Notes under the pieces: generated by a model
What the model saw: only the letters and a program-made list of their open reading frames with translations
Database searches by the model: none
Told to the model about the DNA's origin: nothing
Made by a program: the position numbers and the translations under genes
Assembly (NCBI GenBank): GCA_003152995.1
Contig: PMBR01000117.1
Span: forward strand, 1-63,981
DNA length: 63,981 nucleotides
Origin: Chloroflexota bacterium
Lineage (GTDB): Bacteria > Chloroflexota > Limnocylindria > Limnocylindrales > CSP1-4
Direction: 5' to 3'
Shown here: positions 63,728-63,981 of the stretch, piece by piece
How positions within the stretch are numbered: position 1 is the first letter of the stretch
Layout: the number at the start of each line of letters is the position of its first letter

Positions 63728-63981
63728 TCGTTGTAGAGGCGCTCTTCGATCAGCTTTTCCTGCACCGACCGGCCGTTCGGATCGAAGCAGGAGTACTCGA
63801 AGTGCTTCTCGAATTCGAGATCGATGTTGTCCTGGCCGCCCCGGTTCTTCTCGATCGAGAGGATCACCCAGTCGCGGAACCGCTGCGCCTGGTACGGGTT
63901 GAACTCGATGTTGACCTTGGCGACGACGTGGTACTTCTCGTTGATGATCAGGATTATGTCGGCCTCGTAGTTGATCGCCGA
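63724..63981 (-). CDS. DnaB-like/RecA-fold ATPase C-terminus (N-terminus outside the window)
   Basis: Not in the ORF track. Minus-strand translation gives ...ADIILIINEKYHVV...WVILSIEKNRGGQDNIDLEFEKHFEYSCF...LYNE* with stop at 63724..63726. Confidence 0.5.
   Translation of the reverse strand, partial: SAINYEADIILIINEKYHVVAKVNIEFNPYQAQRFRDWVILSIEKNRGGQDNIDLEFEKHFEYSCFDPNGRSVQEKLIEERLYNE

Noticed and set aside
1-63981. CRISPR arrays, rRNA genes and tRNA genes.
   Set aside because: No regularly spaced short direct repeats with unique spacers were seen, and no rRNA- or tRNA-like sequences during the read-through. This was a visual scan only, not a computed one.

Overview
High-GC bacterial chromosomal segment, probably Terrabacteria (Chloroflexota- or Actinomycetota-like; phylum not established). 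All calls come from reading the sequence and ORF translations by eye. No database or HMM search was run, so family names are motif-level recognitions and percent identities are hand estimates. The window has two parts. (1) About 1-50.6 kb is accessory or mobile DNA. It holds a secreted RCC1-repeat protein missing from the ORF track, a solitary MmeI-like type IIG restriction-methyltransferase, and a cluster of zinc-ribbon/TM/DUF4352 envelope proteins. It also holds two paralogous dual-recombinase modules: tyrosine integrase, reverse-strand variable cargo, an 82-bp conserved repeat, a small coupled ORF, then a large serine recombinase (LSR). Module A spans about 10.9-16.2 kb and runs into an AAA_25 ATPase / ParB-methyltransferase operon. 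Module B spans about 45.8-50.6 kb. Between the modules lie a 3920-aa RHS/YD polymorphic toxin with a glycine-zipper C-terminal domain and a membrane immunity candidate, an orphan HINT-toxin/immunity cassette, and secreted cell-wall proteins. (2) About 50.6-64 kb looks like core genome: truncated comM, a Tat-exported beta-helix protein, REC-CpaE ATPase, SPFH/NfeD, ECF sigma, NUDIX, tyrA, a LuxR response regulator, trpB2, a 2H phosphoesterase and a DnaB-like fragment. The main result is that comM is cut exactly at its NPCP|CG motif by the end of LSR-B. The homologous position in LSR-A is a perfect 9-4-9 palindrome, so a candidate att site lies inside the 3' ends of the recombinase genes. The repeated module, with its conserved small ORF and structured repeat, is the best candidate here for something not yet described. 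No rRNA, tRNA or CRISPR array was seen.
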